Shown piece after piece: positions 60,505 to 64,000 of a stretch of DNA of 64,000 nucleotides. Position 1 is the stretch's first letter. Every line of letters starts with the position of its first letter. This DNA is from Azolla caroliniana (taxonomy: Eukaryota; Plantae; Polypodiophyta). The notes under the pieces were generated by a model that had not been told where the DNA came from, did no database searches, and worked only from the letters and a program-made list of their open reading frames with translations. The stretch covers positions 32,240,001-32,304,000 of the forward strand of contig JBHGNT010000001.1 in assembly GCA_043228905.1 (NCBI GenBank), read 5' to 3'. A program made the translations under genes and the position numbers.

Positions 60505-60985
60505 GTGAAACTTGAACCCTCAAGGATATCATGAATTAAGTTGTCATAAATCCAAGGCCAACATTGTAAATTGTCATTAGACATAGATTACGAGTACGTT
60601 GAAGACAGTTAAGAATAGTAGCTAGACATTAATTTCTAGATTAATCATCATGTCGGTTATGGTTCCACACCTTTGCCACTTGGAATATGCATAGAAGAGA
60701 AACTTGTTAGAGGCCATACTTTTATACCCATGTGAGTTTTATTTGGGGGATAATAACCAAACATGAAACTTGAGCCTCCTAGGATGTCATGAATCCAAGG
60801 CCAAACATTGCAATTGTTTTCTGACATGGATTATGAGTACGTCGAAGACAATTAAGAATGGTAGCTAGAAATTAATTTCTAGATTAATTATCATATTGGG
60901 CATGGCTCCACACTTCCACCACTTAGAATATGCTTAGAAGAGCAACTTGTTAGAGGCCATATTTTCATATTCATGTGAGTTTTAC
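60505..60985. repeat. Diverged ~250-bp tandem duplication
   Basis: TGAAACTTGA.CC...GAGTACGT.GAAGACA.TTAAGAAT...CTTGTTAGAGGCCATA...CATGTGAGTTTTA near 60505 and 60764. Confidence 0.85.
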
Positions 60986-63900
60986 TTGTCATAATCTTTA
61001 AAGATGCCTCACATGTGGATTATGTAAGGCTTACTACATTTCTTATATTTGATCTTTTCCAGGAAAGTCAAAACAACTCTGCTTGTGCTACTCACCCCTA
61101 GCAGTGACATACATCATCTAATCATTTTTATTAGTATTGCTTCATGTCTATACCCATCTCTACTCATTTATGGGGCTTGAATGCTTGTGACCCATCTTGA
61201 TGCACAAAAGATTCTTGTTGTTGTAAGCCAATGATTGTTTTTAATGGGGATTCACAATGGAGAAGTATGCTATACATAATAGTAGTTTTTTATGCAATAT
61301 ATTGGTCATAAGATTTCCTCCTCGGAGTGTGGCATGAGGTCCATGTGAGCTTGATTATCTTGTATGCATAGATTTGTTAGAGGACCATGTTTTCTCACCA
61401 ACTATATCACATGCTTGTCGTTGGCAATGGTTAATGGATTATAGATACATGGCCATATAATCATGTTTCATATATGTGTGACTCAAATTGACATGTTATG
61501 ATTGTTTTAAACTTAAAAACTTTACCACAAAATGATGATTTACAATGTTGGCAAGATCAAAGTTTCTAACAGTTTAGCACTAGAACATTGTCACGTCATG
61601 AGCTTGTAATCCAATTATGGTTGTTATGTCGGGCCTTCAATGTTTACAAATAAAGTGCAACATAAGCTCGTAAAATGACAAATAGCTTCTTCCCTCGCAT
61701 GTATATTGAAAAGAAAAGTGTGGCTTTAACATAGAATTGTGTATGCTTGAAACTAGTAAAATCTTTATACTATGCAACAATAAAATGTTATAATTGTAAC
61801 TACGAGTATGTCCGAAGATATTACTTCGTTATAAGCATGTCCACAATGTCATGATTTACTCACAATAGGTCAAACATGAACCTAACCATGCTTATATGCA
61901 ACATGACACAAATTCTTGGAGATGATTTGAGTTGTAATAAGTTAAGGTAACATCGTTAGGGTTTACGACTTCTTTCTCTATGAGCCTATATGATATCCTC
62001 GTAAGTTTACAAATTTCCACCTTTTTCTTTTCGTTTTTCTAGTGTTCTCTATCTATCAAGTGCGACATAAAAATGAGTTGAATCACTTCTTCAAATATCT
62101 ACTGAAAAGGAAACTGCCAGTCTAGCTTACGATTGAATGTGATTGATTTGACTATGATTGAAAGGAGATTGTTGTTCGATCATTGAATGTTAACATCAAA
62201 TAGCTATAAAATTTTTAATTTGGCCGTAGTGGGGCGGGCCTATCGATATTAATGAATGAATCCACATCGGTGCTCAAATGTTATGGCCCTACATGAAGTA
62301 TGCCCACAAGCCTCAAGCTTACCTACATTCTATTGGGCTTCCTGTACCTTAGTAATGAGAAAATCCGTATATGCATCATTCATAATGGGCCATTGATAAA
62401 GGAGAACAATGGAAATCAAAATTATATTGGCACGACAAAGCTTATGACTTCTTTCTCTTTCATTCAAAATCTTCATTTTACTCTAAACATTAGATAAGCA
62501 ATTCTTTGGTACACAACATCCCCTAATATACATTTCTTGCTTGCTTGTTTTTCTCTATGAATGATATTAACACGTCCATAGATGTACCTCCAATGTAAAA
62601 AGTTTGCACAACCCAATAGTACGAGCCTTGTAATTATGTTGATAGCTTCGACATAAAATGATTCATGATTGCGGAAATGTAACATTTCTTATATACAACA
62701 TTTTAACAACGATTTATTATTCATACATGATGTAATTTTCTTGTTAGCTCAAGAAAATGGAACCTCGAACCTTGACTATATCATCTAGGGATCACACATT
62801 TTGCCAACCAAGGATCAACTGAACTAGGACCAAACAACTACAATGTTGATGGATCATGTTGTTGCTTTAACATATCGGGCATTAGTCAATGTGGGCATTA
62901 TTACTTGACAAGGCTCAATATGTAGCTTCCATTTGACTTAATGAATATCTTTATTAAGGATATGCACATTGTTACATATAATATATATTAAATTATCAAA
63001 ACTCATGTTTGGTAATACACAATATGTTTAAGTCACATGCTTTAGAGGTAAGTTCCCATAAAACTTCAATCGCAATAAGTATTTTGTAGGGCCTTTTGCC
63101 TTTTCTTTTGAGGAAGACCCCTATTATTTATCTTGTTTTCCCGACAATGTTCAACATCGTAAACTTTTGTTGGTGAAGTGTAGCAATCAAACTAAATGTA
63201 GTGGGGACAATGATGGATTGTTTTCCTGGACATTGGTGACCATAATACTAAATGTTAGATAAGAAAGGTTGCCTTCTACATAAGCACACTTTCTTATAGA
63301 TCTAAGCCCAAAGAGTTCATCTAATCATATGTGTTATGTTCAAAATTTCTGTTTACTTGTTCGCGCAAAATATATTGAGTAAAGAAGACATTATGTCCTA
63401 AAGCACAATGTGAAAGCACTGTAATTAAAACTTTATTGTAAAAACTAAACAAAAATGAAAAAAGTAAAAATGTGACAGTGCAATGCTCGATAGTAAAAAA
63501 GCTCATGCTTTATAACGTGAAGGTCGCAAGTCCAAGTTTAAAGTAGTGGATGTAATTTTAAGCTCATTGTAATGCATAAACATTTTGACTTTGAGGGCAC
63601 AATACTGACATCAACCTTACTTCACTTTTCTCCCGAGAACACATTCTCATTATATCATAAGACACTTTACCATGAAAAAAGTCTTTACAAAATCCAGTTT
63701 CCACAACCCAAGGATTGAAAACAATATCACTGCATTCGATGTCTCGTAATTGATATAAATAAATTGACAGAAACAATGATCACGTTTTTAATTCTTTAAA
63801 AAGCGACAAAATTGCCCTCATAATAGATTATACCACAATCTTCTAAACCTTATGATTCAATTTCTAGAAATCTTGTGCAAACGATCAACCAAACCAGGTG

Positions 63901-64000
63901 TACACTTGTCCTTTATCTAATCTTTCGGCCCTTGGCTCTCTCGGCCGAAAATTGGATCAAGATTGTTAAGCTATGAGGAGTTTTGAACCCTGTGTCTCGA

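Noticed and set aside
59200-64000. Possible decayed DNA-transposon coding remnants and short ORFs
   Set aside because: No diagnostic transposase motif, TIR or TSD identified by eye.

Overview
Eukaryotic land-plant nuclear DNA, probably a non-seed plant such as a fern or lycophyte (inference from gene style and TE lineages). Bases 1-18.2 kb are a retrotransposon nest. A LINE ORF1 (- strand) is interrupted by a Tat/Athila-like Ty3/gypsy element (+ strand; only the 3' part is visible: integrase, a large extra ORF and the 3' LTR). That element carries two young, intact insertions: a tRNA-Trp-primed Ty3/gypsy element (893-8056, 4-bp TSD, probable -1 frameshift) and a Tork/Tto1-like Ty1/copia element (9453-14812, 5-bp TSD). 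The remainder is AT-rich gene space: a mitochondrial 2-oxoglutarate dehydrogenase E1 gene (8 exons), an intronless P-class PPR gene, a spliced and apparently non-coding transcript carrying a triplicated RNA hairpin, a BASS1-like transporter (8 exons), and a HAM-type GRAS gene with a perfect miR171 site. There are also two MITEs, an internally deleted copia and several local duplications. The most unusual signals are (i) a sense copy of a tRNA-Arg 3' end where the host gypsy element's polypurine tract should be, and (ii) the hairpin-bearing lncRNA, which may be related to CR20/GUT15. Coordinates were read by eye and family assignments come from remembered motifs, not database searches.
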